Assembly: GCA_950097015.1 (NCBI GenBank)
Contig: CATNEN010000039.1
Coordinates: 19,530,001-19,594,000 of the forward strand
Direction of reading: 5' to 3'
Source: Macrostomum hystrix
Taxonomy: Eukaryota > Animalia > Platyhelminthes
DNA: 64,000 nucleotides
The position numbers and the translations under genes are program-made. The stretch's first letter is position 1. Each line of letters begins with the position of its first letter. Below the pieces are notes generated by a model. The model saw only the letters and a program-made list of their open reading frames with translations, was not told where the DNA came from and searched no databases. Below, in pieces: positions 12,629 through 26,758 of the stretch.

Positions 12629-12806
12629 TCGTTTAATGGCGCCCCACATCGCTCACACTTTATAAGGCCGTTAAAATACAGTCGGGTGGAGCTTACAATG
12701 TTTATCTACTCGGAGTTAAATACACTAGTTTAAAGCTGTTTTGCTTCTAGTTACTGTGGACGAGGTAAGTAAAGATGCATAGTTGTACAGTTGATCTTAC
12801 TTTCCC

Positions 12807-15800
12807 AGACAGGATGCTGTAGAGACAGGATGCTGTAGAGACAGGATGCTGTAGAGACAGGATGCTGTAGAGACAGGATGCTGTAGAGACAGGATGCTGT
12901 AGAGACAGGATTCTGTAGAGACCGGATGCTGTAGAGACAGCTAGGATGCTGTAGAGACAGGATGCTGTAGAGACAGGATGCTGTAGAGACAGGATGCTGT
13001 AGAGACAGGATGCTGTAGAGACAGGATTCTGTAGAGACCGGATGCTGTAGAGACAGCTAGGATGCTGTAGAGACAGGATGCTGTACAGATAGGATTCTGT
13101 AGAGACCGGATGCTGTAGAGACAGCTAGGATGCTATAGAGACAGGATGCTGTAGAGACAGGATGCTGTACAGACAGGATGCTGTAGAGACAGGATGCTGT
13201 AGAGACAGGATTCTGTAGAGACAGGATGCTGTAGAGACAGCTAGGATGCTGTAGAGACAGGATGCTGTAGAGACAGGATGCTGTAGAGACAGCTAGGATG
13301 CTGTAGAGACAGGATGCTGTAGAGACAGGATGCTGTAGAGACAGGATGCTGTAGAGACAGGATGCTGTAGAGACAGGATGCTGTAGAGACAGCTAGGATG
13401 CTGTAGAGACAGGATGCTGTAGAGACAGGATGCTGTACAGACAGGATGCTGTAGAGACAGGATGCTGTAGAGACAGGATTCTGTAGAGACAGGATGCTGT
13501 AGAGACAGCTAGGATGCTGTAGAGACAGGATGCTGTAGAGACAGGATGCTGTAGAGACAGGATGCTGTAGAGACAGGATGCTGTAGAGACAGGATTTTGT
13601 AGAGACAGGATTCTGTAGAGACCGGATGCTGTAGAGACAGCTAGGATGCTGTAGAGACAGGATGCTGTAGAGACAGGATGCTGTACAGACAGGATTCTGT
13701 AGAGACCGGATGCTGTAGAGACAGCTAGGATGCTGTAGAGACAGGATGCTGTAGAGACAGGATGCTGTACAGACAGGATGCTGTAGAGACAGGATGCTGT
13801 AGAGACAGGATGCTGTAGAGACAGCTAGGATGCTGTAGAGACAGGATGCTGTAGAGACAGGATGCTGTAGAGACAGGATGCTGTAGAGACAGGATGCTGT
13901 AGAGACAGGATGCTGTAGAGACAGGATTCTGTAGAGACAGCTAGGATGCTGTAGAGACAGGATGCTGTAGAGACAGGATGCTGTAGAGACAGGATGCTGT
14001 AGAGACAGGATGCTGTAGAGACAGGATTTTGTAGAGACAGGATTCTGTAGAGACCGGATGCTGTAGAGACAGCTAGGATGCTGTAGAGACAGGATGCTGT
14101 AGAGACAGGATGCTGTACAGACAGGATTCTGTAGAGACCGGATGCTGTAGAGACAGCTAGGATGCTGTAGAGACAGGATGCTGTAGAGACAGGATGCTGT
14201 ACAGACAGGATGCTGTAGAGACAGGATGCTGTAGAGACAGGATTCTGTAGAGACAGGATGCTGTAGAGACAGCTAGGATGCTGTAGAGACAGGATGCTGT
14301 AGAGACAGGATGCTGTAGAGACAGGATGCTGTAGAGACAGGATGCTGTAGAGACAGGATTTTGTAGAGACAGGATTCTGTAGAGACCGGATGCTGTAGAG
14401 ACAGGATGCTGTAGAGACAGGATGCTGTAGAGACCGGATTTTGTAGAGACAGGATTCTGTAGAGACCGGATGCTGTAGAGACAGCTAGGATGCTGTAGAG
14501 ACAGGATGCTGTAGAGACAGGATGCTGTACAGACAGGATTCTGTAGAGACCGGATGCTGTAGAGACAGCTAGGATGCTGTAGAGACAGGATGCTGTAGAG
14601 ACAGGATGCTGTACAGACAGGATGCTGTAGAGACAGGATGCTGTAGAGACAGGATTCTGTAGAGACAGGATGCTGTAGAGACAGCTAGGATGCTGTAGAG
14701 ACAGGATGCTGTAGAGACAGGATGCCGTAGAGACAGGATGCTGTAGAGACAGGATGCTGTAGAGACAGGATGCTGTAGAGACAGGATTCTGTAGAGACAG
14801 CTAGGATGCTGTAGAGACAGGATGCTGTAGAGACAGGATGCTGTAGAGACAGGATGCTGTAGAGACAGGATGCTGTAGAGACAGGATGCTGTAGAGACAG
14901 GATGCTGTAGAGACAGGATGCTGTAGAGACAGCTAAGATGCTGTAGAGACAGGATGCTGTAGAGACAGCTAGGATGCTGTAGAGACAGGATGCTGTAGAG
15001 ACAGGATTCTGTAGAGACCGGATGCTGTAGAGACAGCTAGGATGCTGTAGGGACAGGATGCTGTACAGACAGGATGCTGTAGAGACAGGATGCTGTAGAG
15101 ACAGGATGCTGTAGAGACAGGATGCTGTAGAGACAGGATGCTGTAGAGACAGGATGCTGTAGAGACAGCTAAGATGCTGTAGAGACAGGATGCTGTAGAG
15201 ACAGCTAGGATGCTGTAGAGACAGGATGCTGTAGAGACAGGATTCTGTAGAGACCGGATGCTGTAGAGACAGCTAGGATGCTGTAGGGACAGGATGCTGT
15301 ACAGACAGGATGCTGTAGAGACAGGATGCTGTAGAGACAGGATGCTGTAGAGACAGCTAGGATGCTGTAGAGACAGGATGCTGTAGAGACAGGATGCTGT
15401 AGAGACATGATTCTGTAGAGACAGGATGCTGTAGAGACAGGATGCTGTACAGACAGGATTTTGTAGAGACAGGATGCTGTAGAGACAGGATGCTGTAGAG
15501 ACAGCTAAGATGCTGTAGAGACAGGATGCTGTAGAGACAGGATGCTGTAGAGACAGGATGCTGTAGAGACAGGATGCTGTAGAGACAGGATTTTGTAGAG
15601 ACAGGATTCTGTAGAGACCGGATGCTGTAGAGACAGCTAGGATGCTGTAGAGACAGGATGCTGTAAAGACAGGATGCTGTACAGACAGGATTCTGTAGAG
15701 ACCGGATGCTGTAGAGACAGCTAGGATGCTGTAGAGACAGGATGCTGTAGAGACAGGATGCTGTACAGACAGGATGCTGTAGAGGCAGGATGCTGTAGAG

Positions 15801-17727
15801 ACAGCTAGGATGCTGTAGAGACAGGATGCTGTAGAGACAGGATGCTGTAGAGACAGGATGCTGTAGAGACAGGATGCTGTAGAGACAGCTAAGATGCTGT
15901 AGAGACAGGATGCTGTAGAGACAGGATGCTGTAGAGACAGGATGCTGTAGAGACAGGATTCTGTAGAGACAGCTAGGATGCTGTAGAGACAGGATGCTGT
16001 AGAGACAGGATGCTGTAGAGACAGAATGCTGTAGAGACAGGATGCTGTAGAGACAGGATGCTGTAGAGACAGGATGCTGTAGAGACAGGATGCTGTAGAG
16101 ACAGGAAGCTGTAGAGACAGCTAAGATGCTGTAGAGACAGGATGCTGTAGAGACAGCTAGGATGCTGTAGAGACAGGATGCTGTAGAGACAGGATGCTGT
16201 AGAGACAGGATGCTGTAGAGACAGGATGCTGTAGAGACAGGATGCTGTAGAGACAGCTAGGATGCTGTAGAGACAGGATGCTGTAGAGACAGGATGCTGT
16301 AGAGACAGGATGCTGTAGAGACAGGATGCTGTAGAGACAGGATTTTGTAGAGACAGGATTCTGTAGAGACCGGATGCTGTAGAGACAGCTAGGATGCTGT
16401 AGAGACAGGATGCTGTAGAGACAGGATGCTGTACAGACAGGATTCTGTAGAGACCGGATGCTGTAGAGACAGCTAGGATGCTGTAGAGACAGGATGCTGT
16501 AGAGACAGGATGCTGTACAGACAGGATGCTGTAGAGACAGGATGCTGTAGAGACAGGATTCTGTAGAGACAGGATGCTGTAGAGACAGCTAGGATGCTGT
16601 AGAGACAGGATGCTGTAGAGACAGGATGCTGTAGAGACAGGATGCTGTAGAGACAGGATGCTGTAGAGACAGGATGCTGTAGAGACAGGATTCTGTAGAG
16701 ACAGCTAGGATGCTGTAGAGACAGGATGCTGTAGAGACAGGATGCTGTAGAGACAGGATGCTGTAGAGACAGGATGCTGTAGAGACAGGATGCTGTAGAG
16801 ACAGGATGCTGTAGAGACAGGATGCTGTAGAGACAGCTAAGATGCTGTAGAGACAGGATGCTGTAGAGACAGCTAGGATGCTGTAGAGACAGGATGCTGT
16901 AGAGACAGGATTCTGTAGAGACCGGATGCTGTAGAGACAGCTAGGATGCTGTAGGGACAGGATGCTGTACAGACAGGATGCTGTAGAGACAGGATGCTGT
17001 AGAGACAGGATGCTGTAGAGACAGGATGCTGTAGAGACAGGATGCTGTAGAGACAGGATGCTGTAGAGACAGCTAAGATGCTGTAGAGACAGGATGCTGT
17101 AGAGACAGCTAGGATGCTGTAGAGACAGGATGCTGTAGAGACAGGATTCTGTAGAGACCGGATGCTGTAGAGATAGAATGCTGTAGAGACAGGATGCTGT
17201 AGAGACATGATTCTGTAGAGACAGGATGCTGTAGAGACAGGATGCTGTACAGACAGGATGCTGTAGAGACAGGATGCTGTAGAGACAGGATGCTGTAGAG
17301 ACAGCTAAGATGCTGTAGAGACAGGATGCTGTAGAGACAGCTAGGATGCTGTAGAGACAGGATGCTGTAGAGACAGCTAGGATGCTGTAGAGACAGGATG
17401 CTGTAGAGACAGGATGCTGTAGAGACAGGATGCTGTAGAGACAGCTAAGATGCTGTAGAGACAGGATACTGTAGAGACAGCTAGGATGCTGTAGAGACAG
17501 GATGCTGTAGAGACAGGATGCTGTAGAGACAGGATGCTGTAGAGACAGCTAGGATGCTGTAGGGACAGGATGCTGTAGAGACAGGATGCTGTAGAGACAG
17601 GATGCTGTAGAGACAGGATGCTGTAGAGACAGGATGCTGTAGAGACAGGATGCTGTAGAGACAGGATGCTGTAGAGACAGCTAGGATGCTGTAGGGACAG
17701 GATGCTGTAGAGACAAAATGCTGTAAA
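12807..17727. repeat. Tandem array, 16-bp unit ACAGGATGCTGTAGAG with 20-bp (+AGCT) variants, about 300 units
   Basis: Directly visible periodicity. Confidence 0.98.
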
Positions 17728-18106
17728 GGCTATGATATTCGTAAAAGTGGAAGCTAAAGTTAAAAGTTTAGCATGACTTTAAAACAGAAGCAGGCTAGTA
17801 TAGAACAGTATATTTAAAATATGCAAAGTTTGCTTTAGTTCAAATGCACTCTATTTTGAAACAGTTTTACATCAAAAGCGAAATTCCAAAGCAAAGATAA
17901 AAGCAATCACTGCCAATTGTTAATTATTTTTGCTTAACGTGTTGGTCGAAAAAAGTTACCTTACAGACAAAAAATTGACTGGAGGAAAAAACTATTTGTA
18001 TTTGACTTTCTCAGCTATGCAACACTAATTAAATCAAAGCGAAGAAAATTTTTTTTCGCCGATTTACACACGAAAATGTTCCGGTAGTATAGGCCATGTT
18101 AACTTA

Positions 18107-18400
18107 TAGAGATTGGGATTGGGATTGGGATTGGGATTGAAATTGGGATTGGGATTGGGATTTAGATTGAGATTCGGATTGAGATTGGGATTGCGATTGG
18201 AATTGGGATTGCGATTGGGATTGAAATTGGGATAGAGATTGGGATTGAAATTGGGATAGAGATTGGGATTGAAATTGGGATAGAGATTGGGATTGAAATT
18301 GGGATAGAGATTGGGATTGAAATTGGGATAGAGATTGGGATAGAGATTGGGATAGAGATTTGGGTTGAGACAAACTGGATTGGAATCAGGATTAGAGTTA
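18107..18400. repeat. (GGGATT)-type 6-bp microsatellite with 24-bp higher-order units
   Basis: Directly visible. Confidence 0.9.
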
Positions 18401-18674
18401 CGACAGGGATATTAAACTTTTATGTTTTAAGTCACTATATTATATAATAGTGGACAAGTGGCAGTGTTCCATATAAATAGGTATTCAGTCTATTGGCAGG
18501 AATTTTACATCAGAACAAAGCAAAGAATGGTGTGTAAGAAGCGGTAAATGTTTTTGCTGAATTGCAGGTGAAAACAAACAATTTGTGCATTTCTTCAGTG
18601 GGTGAAGCGGTCAGAATTAGTTTCGGTCATCGACAACAAAAACATAATTTCCTTTGACCACATGCACAAGAAGA

Positions 18675-21533
18675 CAGGATTGACAGGACAGGATCTAGAC
18701 AGGATTGTCATCTGTTAGACAAGATTGTCCTCTGTTAGACATGATTGTCATCTGTTAGACAGGATTGTCATCTGTTAGACAAGATTGTCATCTGTTAGAC
18801 AAGATTGTCCTCTGTTAGACATGATTGTCCTCTGTTAGACATGATTGTCATCTGTTCGACAAGATTGTCCTCTGTAAGACATGATTGTCATCTGTTAGAC
18901 AAGAATGTCCTCTGTTAGACATGATTGTCCTCTGTTAGACATGATTGTCATCTGTTAGACAAGATTGTCCTCTGTTAGACATGATTGTCATCTGTTAGAC
19001 ATGATTGTCATCTGTTAGACAGGATTGTCATCTGTTAGACAGGATTGTCCTCTGTTAGACATGATTGTCATCTGTTAGACAAGATTGTCCTCTGTTAGAC
19101 AGGATTGTCATCTGTTAGACAAGATTGTCCTCTGTTAGACAGGATTGTCATCTGTTAGACAGGATTGTCATCTGTTAGACAGGATTGTCATCTGTTAGAC
19201 AAGATTGTCCTCTGTTAGACATGATTGTCCTCTGTTAGACATGATTGTCATCTGTTAGACAAGATTGTCCTCTGTTAGACATGATTGTCATCTGTTAGAC
19301 AAGATTGTCCTCTGTTAGACATGATTGTCCTCTGTTAGACATGATTGTCATCTGTTAGACAAGATTGTCCTCTGTTAGACATGATTGTCATCTGTTAGAC
19401 AGGATTGTCATCTGTTAGACAGGATTGTCATCTGTTAGACAGGATTGTCCTCTGTTAGACATGATTGTCATCTGTTAGACAAGATTGTCCTTTGTTAGAC
19501 AGGATTGTCATCTGTTAGACAAGATTGTCCTCTGTTAGACAGGATTGTCATCTGTTAGACAAGATTGTCCTCTGTTAGACAGGATTGTCATCTGTTAGAC
19601 AGGATTGTCATCTGTTAGACAAGATTGTCCTCTGTTAGACATGATTGTCCTCTGTTAGACATGATTGTCATCTGTTAGACAGGATTGTCATCTGTTAGAC
19701 AAGATTGTCATCTGTTAGACAGGATTGTCATCTGTTAGACAAGATTGTCCTCTGTTAGACATGATTGTCCTCTGTTAGACATGATTGTCATCTGTTAGAC
19801 AGGATTGTCCTCTGTTAGACATGATTGTCATCTGTTAGACAGGATTGTCATCTGTTAGACAGGATTGTCATCTGTTAGACAGGATTGTCCTCTGTTAGAC
19901 ATGATTGTCCTCTGTTAGACATGATTGTCATCTGTTAGACAAGATTGTCCTCTGTTAGACATGATTGTCATCTGTTAGACAGGATTGTCATCTGTTAGAC
20001 AGGATTGTCATCTGTTAGACAGGATTGTCCTCTGTTAGACAAGATTGTCCTCTGTTAGACATGATTGTCCTCTGTTAGACATGATTGTCATCTGTTAGAC
20101 AGGATTGTCCTCTGTTAGACAGGATTGTCCTCTGTTAGACATGATTGTCCTCTGTTAGACATGAGTGTCATCTGTTAGACAAGATTGTCCTCTGTTAGAC
20201 ATGATTGTCATCTGTTAGACAGGATTGTCATCTGTTAGACAGGATTGTCATCTGTTAGACAGGATTGTCCTCTGTTAGACATGATTGTCATCTGTTAGAC
20301 AGGATTGTCCTCTGTTAGACAGGATTGTCATCTGTTAGACAGGATTGTCATCTGTTAGACAGGATTGTCATCTGTTAGACAAGATTGTCCTCTGTTAGAC
20401 ATGATTGTCCTCTGTTAGACATGATTGTCATCTGTTAGACAGGATTGTCCTCTGTTAGACATGATTGTCATCTGTTAGACAGGATTGTCATCTGTTAGAC
20501 AGGATTGTCATCTGTTAGACAGGATTGTCCTCTGTTAGACATGATTGTCCTCTGTTAGACATGATTGTCATCTGTTAGACAAGATTGTCCTCTGTTAGAC
20601 ATGATTGTCATCTGTTAGACAGGATTGTCATCTGTTAGACAGGATTGTCATCTGTTAGACAGGATTGTCATCTGTTAGACAAGATTGTCCTCTGTTAGAC
20701 ATGATTGTCCTCTGTTAGACATGATTGTCATCTGTTAGACAAGATTGTCCTCTGTTAGACATGATTGTCATCTGTTAGACAGGATTGTCATCTGTTAGAC
20801 AGGATTGTCATCTGTTAGACAAGATTGTCCTCTGTTAGACATGATTGTCCTCTGTTAGACATGATTGTCATCTGTTAGACAAGATTGTCCTCTGTTAGAC
20901 ATGATTGTCATCTGTTAGACAGGATTGTCATCTGTTAGACAGGATTGTCATCTGTTAGACAGGATTGTCCTCTGTTAGACAGGATTGTCATCTGTTAGAC
21001 AGGATTGTCATCTGTTAGACAGGATTGTCATCTGTTAGACAGGATTGTCATCTGTTAGACAGGATTGTCATCTGTTAGACAGGATTGTCATCTGTTAGAC
21101 AGGATTGTCATCTGTTAGACATGATTGTCATCTGTTAGACAGGATTGTCATCTGTTAGACAGGATTGTCATCTGTTAGACAAGATTGTCCTCTGTTAGAC
21201 ATGATTGTCCTCTGTTAGACATGATTGTCATCTGTTAGACAAGATTGTCCTCTGTTAGACATGATTGTCATCTGTTAGACATGATTGTCATCTGTTAGAC
21301 AGGATTGTCATCTGTTAGACAGGATTGTCATCTGTTAGACAGGATTGTCCTCTGTTAGACAGGATTGTCATCTGTTAGACAGGATTGTCATCTGTTAGAC
21401 AGGATTGTCATCTGTTAGACAGGATTGTCCTCTGTTAGACAGGATTGTCATCTGTTAGACAGGATTGTCATCTGTTAGACAGGATTGTCATCTGTTAGAC
21501 AGGATTGTCATCTGTTAGACAGGATTGTCATCT
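18675..21533. repeat. Tandem array, 20-bp unit AGACA(G/A/T)GATTGTC(A/C)TCTGTT, about 140 units
   Basis: Directly visible periodicity. Confidence 0.98.
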
Positions 21534-21607
21534 ATTCATTGTCATTGTCAGCAGTTCGCACTGCCTTCAGGTACGCTAACTGCCTGGGTGGATTGCGGAG
21601 GAAAGAA

Positions 21608-23530
21608 GTAGATTGCAGACGAGAGAAATGGATTGTAGATAAGAGAATTGGATTGTAGATGAGAGAAATGGATTGTAAATTAGAGAAATGGATTGTAGAT
21701 GAGAGAAATGGATTGTAGATGAGAGAAATGGATTGTAGATGAGAGAAATGGATTGTAGATGAGAGAAGTTGATTGTAGATGAGAGAAATGGATTGTAGAT
21801 TAGAGAAATGGATTGTAGATGAGAGAAGTTGATTTTAGATTAGAGAAATGGATTGTAGATGAGAGAAATGGATTGTAGATGAGAGAAGTTGATTGTAGAT
21901 GAGAGAAATGGATTGTAGATGAGAGAAATGGATTGTAGATGAGAGAAATGGATTGTAGATGAGAGAAATGGATTGTAGATGAGAGAAGTGGATTGGAGAT
22001 GAGAGAAGTTGATTGTAGATGAGAGAAATGGATTGTAGATAAGAGAAATGGATTGTAGATGAGAGAAATGGATTGTAGATTAGAGAAATGGATTGTAGAT
22101 GAGAGAAGTGGATTGTAGATGAGAGAAGTGGATTGGAGATGAGAGAAGTTGATTGTAGATGAGAGAAATGGATTGTAGATGAGAGAAATGGATTGTAGAT
22201 GAGAGAAATGGATTGTAGATGAGAGAAATGGATTGTAGATGAGAGAAGTTGATTGTAGATAAGAGAAATGGATTGTAGATGAGAGAAATGGATTGTAGAT
22301 GAGAGAAGTTGATTGTAGATGAGAGAAATGGATTGTAGATGAGAGAAGTTGATTGTAGATGAGAGAAATGGATTGTAGATGAGAGAAATGGATTGTAGAT
22401 GAGAGAAGTTGATTGTAGATGAGAGAAATGGATTGTAGATAAGAGAAATGGATTGTAGATGAGAGAAATGGATTGTAGATGAGAGAAGTTGATTGTAGAT
22501 GAGAGAAATGGATTGTTGATGAGAGAAGTTGATTGTAGATTAGAGAAATGGATTGTAGATAAGAGAAATGGATTGTAGATGAGAGAAGTGGATTGTAGAT
22601 TAGAGAAATGGATTGTAGATGAGAGAAGTGGATTGTAGATGAGAGAAGTGGATTGGAGATGAGAGAAGTTGATTGTAGATGAGAGAAATGGATTGTAGAT
22701 GAGAGAAATGGATTGTAGATGAGAGAAATGGATTGTAGATTAGAGAAATGGATTGTAGATGAGAGAAATGGATTGTAGATGAGAGAAATGGATTGTAGAT
22801 GAGAGAAATGAATTGTAGATGAGAGAAATGGATTTTAGATGAAAGAAGTTGATTGTAGATGAGAGAAATGGATTGTAGATGAGAGAAATGGATTGTAGAT
22901 GAGAGAAATGGATTGTAGATGAGAGAAATGGATTGTAGATGAGAGAAATGGATTGTAGATGAGAGAAGTTGATTGTAGATGAGAGAAATGGATTGTAGAT
23001 GAGAGAAGTTGATTGTAGATTAGAGAAATGGATTGTAGATAAGAGAAATGGATTGTAGATGAGAGAAGTGGATTGTAGATTAGAGAAATGGATTGTAGAT
23101 GAGAGAAGTGGATTGTAGATGAGAGAAGTGGATTGGAGATGAGAGAAGTTGATTGTAGATGAGAGAAATGGATTGTAGATGAGAGAAATGGATTGTAGAT
23201 GAGAGAAATGGATTGTAGATTAGAGAAATGGATTGTAGATGAGAGAAATGGATTGTAGATGAGAGAAATGGATTGTAGATGAGAGAAATGAATTGTAGAT
23301 GAGAGAAATGGATTTTAGATGAAAGAAGTTGATTGTAGATGAGAGAAATGGATTGTAGATGAGAGAAATGGATTGTAGATGAGAGAAATGGATTGTAGAT
23401 GAGAGAAATGGATTGTAGATGAGAGAAATGGATTGTAGATGAGAGAAGTTGATTGTAGATGAGAGAAATGGATTGTAGATGAGAGAAGTTGATTGTAGAT
23501 GAGAGAAATGGATTGGAGATGACGAATCTA
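21608..23530. repeat. Tandem array, 20-bp unit GAGAGAAATGGATTGTAGAT, about 95 units
   Basis: Directly visible periodicity. Confidence 0.98.
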
Positions 23531-23824
23531 GATTGGACAGTGGAAAAGTTCATTGGTGAGTAGACACAAGGACTGAGGGTCTAGATGATATAAGCAGTTC
23601 TCCGGACATCCTGTTTTCTAAGTAGTGTAGAAAATTTTGTGTTCTTAAAAGCCTTTGCGGTAGGTCTATAAGTTAACCAGTCAGGTATCCTCGTCAGCTG
23701 TGCCAGGATTCATTATTAATAGTGACAGGAGCGTATTGACAAAGCATATTTTTTGTTGTCAGGGTCAAGTTTCCGTCATTTACGCCTAGCAGGCTGGTGT
23801 CGCTTTGAGTCATCTCGCCAGCTC

Positions 23825-26758
23825 ATGACATCCTGGCTTATTCTGGTACTGAGTTGCACGGCTTTCGCAGGAAGCGAAGCCTTAGCCGCAGCTTCGGCAG
23901 ACTTTGAAATCAGACCCGGTATTTCCGATGCTGTCGTCGACTTGTCAAATCGAGGTCTCAACGGATCGGTTCAACTAGTGGTTGTCGCTAGTCAACCGAA
24001 CGCCTCGTCAGACAAAGTGGTGATACAACTGAGGCTGCTGAATTTGTCGGGAAATCCGGATCTTCAAAACATTTTTGTGGAAGGATCGTTGCAGGTTCGT
24101 ACGCATCGATTTGCCCTTTTAAATTGTTCATATACACACTGAGGGAATCTTCAGGGGGTCGGTGGCAGGGCATTTAACGCCTTCGCCTCTCGCGCCCTAG
24201 GCTCGATTTCGCGTCGAGACCACATTAATTTGGGGCGCAGCAGCCGGAGCGAAGGCTTCGGGGCTTGGCGTACAATTTACGCTTTTGAGGGCCAACCTTC
24301 AAGACGCAGTGAAACTACAGTACAGTGCCTGACGATGAGAACGTCAGGGCAGATGTACACATCTGTGTGAGCGTCTGCCTCCGTACAGGATCTGTGTGCG
24401 TGTGTGCTCAGGTGTCAGCGGAATCAAGGAAAGGAAAAGGTTTTGATCAAGGAAAAGTGACTGTGGGAATTTTTAATATTTCATAGTTTCGATCGAGCAT
24501 AAAAAAGGATTAAACTTCTACTTTTCAAAACCTGTAACTTTAAGGTTGCGAAGCTTCGAGCTTTTGAAACGTGCCAAACATCCAACAACTGTAGAGGTCA
24601 CTCTACTTGTTCAACGTAGCCGATTGATACCTTTAGTTTGTACCCATTCTTTAAATAAATTTCTCAGTTGCTCCATATCGAAACACTGGACATCAGTGGC
24701 ACCGCAGTGACGCCTACGAAGTTGATCGAGTTGAACCTTACAGAGAAGGCGCTCATAATTAAAAAGCTGGTATTCATCAACCGTCCCGCCATGCCAGGGC
24801 CGCCGCTACAATTCGAGGCGTTCACCGACCTCCTCTTCCAACTGAATGCTCGAACCTTCGTCCTGGACGGCTGGCAAATAGATAAATTTGTAGCCAATTT
24901 CAGCCTCGCCAACAACAAGTGTCAGAGCAAGGACTTTCACTCTGTCAGTGTGCGCTCGGCCGGCCTTCGTCGACTGGCCAACGCAGCTATCAGGGTACTT
25001 CAACTCGTCGACTTTAGCCACAACGACATTGGCGAAGCAGTCGGCGTGGCGTTCGAATCGGCCAGTGTAAATCTCGGCCACAATCGGCTAGTTCGAATGA
25101 CTGGCGTCAGCTTCAAGAACAGCACCGTCTGCAACGCCCCAAACGACGGGGAGCCGACTGTTTACCTGAACGACAACGATATGACGGAGGCTGCTCTCGT
25201 TGAAACAATAGACAGCTCTCCGGCGCAGCCGATGGTGCTGCGAGGTCTCGACCTGTCTCGAAACCCGCTACTGAGGCTGCGGTCAAGAATTTCGCAGCCG
25301 CCGGTTGCGATGACAGGTGTGACAGTCGTCAAACCCGAGCAGCGCATCACTGTGAATGAGTGGCTCAATCTGGATTCTGTCACCCGATTTGGAGGTACGC
25401 TCGGAACAATGCGAACAATGTAAAATATTGTATTTATCTCTATTTATCAATCATTTTAGCTTATCTTTTGGTCTGTTTAGAAAGTGCACGTCAGGGACCA
25501 CTTCTTCCAGTGGTTAACATTTACGCGCAAACGTTATGGCCTGCATAATAGAACGACTGGAATAAAATACCCCGCGCCGGCGGAGGGGTGGGTGCACACC
25601 TAAGCGGACGCACGCGGCGGGGGGGCGCACAGGGCAAACGTGCTTGGGCACTAAGGCCGGTTTGCTCATGCGCGAGCCCAGAGCAAACAGCAGCATTTGG
25701 TGTACTTTTTTACTGTTGAGATTGCTTCGTATGTGAGCATTTCAAAAAAATGAATGCATTTATTTGAAACTTCTCAATAGTCACTAATTTTTTAACAGGA
25801 GAACAAGAGGATTCTCGCAATAATGCGACCATTTTGCATTCACAGTCAACCCAGGAAACGGTACATCCGCTGGCTATTTGTCGGCCGATAGCCTCGGCAG
25901 CTTGTTGCGTCGACTGTTCAAACCGCCAGCAGCTTCAGCACGGTTTCGCATAGACTTGTCCGGCAACCAGTTGCACAGCTTGGCGGCAGCTTCTCTGGCG
26001 TTGAACACCTGGATTGGCGGCGAACCATCACTAGCTGGACGATTCGCGGAGTTGCGCTTGACAAACTGGACCAAGCACACAGATCATCTCAACATCAGCG
26101 AGCTTCAACCAGAGATTCGACCAACAAGATTGCTGGACCTTGGCGATCTGGCTGGCAGCTCAGTTCGCAGCCTGTCTGTTGTCGTCGATAACGAAACTGA
26201 TTCGGCAGTGAATTCAAGCTTCGCGGGGATGCTAGCGGCGTGGGGGACCGAGGTATATCTTGAGTAGTGCCTGAGTCCTGTCCCCAATTTATTTTTAGCT
26301 ATGATTAAGTCGTGAGATGATGAAAAATTGCGATTTTCCTTTGAATGTAAATTAAACAAGCCGATTCACTGGTGACATTTTTTAAGTATATCATCTCGAC
26401 CATAAACATACAGATTCGACTGCAACCCGAACCCGCGGGCTGCTGCCGTGCCCAGAACTCCGGTGGCAGGCAATTGTTCTGCTTTATCAGACCAGACAAG
26501 CATGCCGACTACCGTCGTCTGATCTGCGGCCGCAACAGCACGGTGTCGACGACCGTGCGCCTGCGTCAGCCTCCCGCGTTAATCCTGACATTGGCCGCTA
26601 TTGCAGCCAGCTTGGCTGTCCTACTCGTTATCGTCGCCGTTGTCGGCTGTATTCGACGTAGAAGAAAACAGCAGTCGCAGAGATTGTGCTCGAAGCTGTC
26701 GTCGCTCCGTCATGAGGCCGCAACCGAGTCGAGTGCGATGAGGCTGATGGAGAAGTGA
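23825..26758 (+). CDS. Type-I membrane leucine-rich-repeat protein, about 560-580 aa
   Basis: Exons 23825-24094, 24668-25394 (alternative donor 25316, same phase), 25846-26252 and 26414-26758. Signal peptide MTSWLILVLSCTAFA; LRRs LRLLNLSGNPDL, LQLVDFSHNDI, VNLGHNRL, LRGLDLSRNPL, IDLSGNQL; Cys cluster; TM ALILTLAAIAASLAVLLVIVAVVGCI followed by RRRRK. Confidence 0.82.
24154..24425 (+). mobile_element. SINE family A, 3'-truncated, in LRR intron 1
   Basis: tRNA-like head ggggtcggtggcag... and body homologous to 63218-63624. Confidence 0.8.

Noticed and set aside
18107-18400. G-rich hexamer repeat as an interstitial telomere (also 61210-62310)
   Set aside because: The unit is GGGATT (TTGGGA), not a permutation of TTAGGG.
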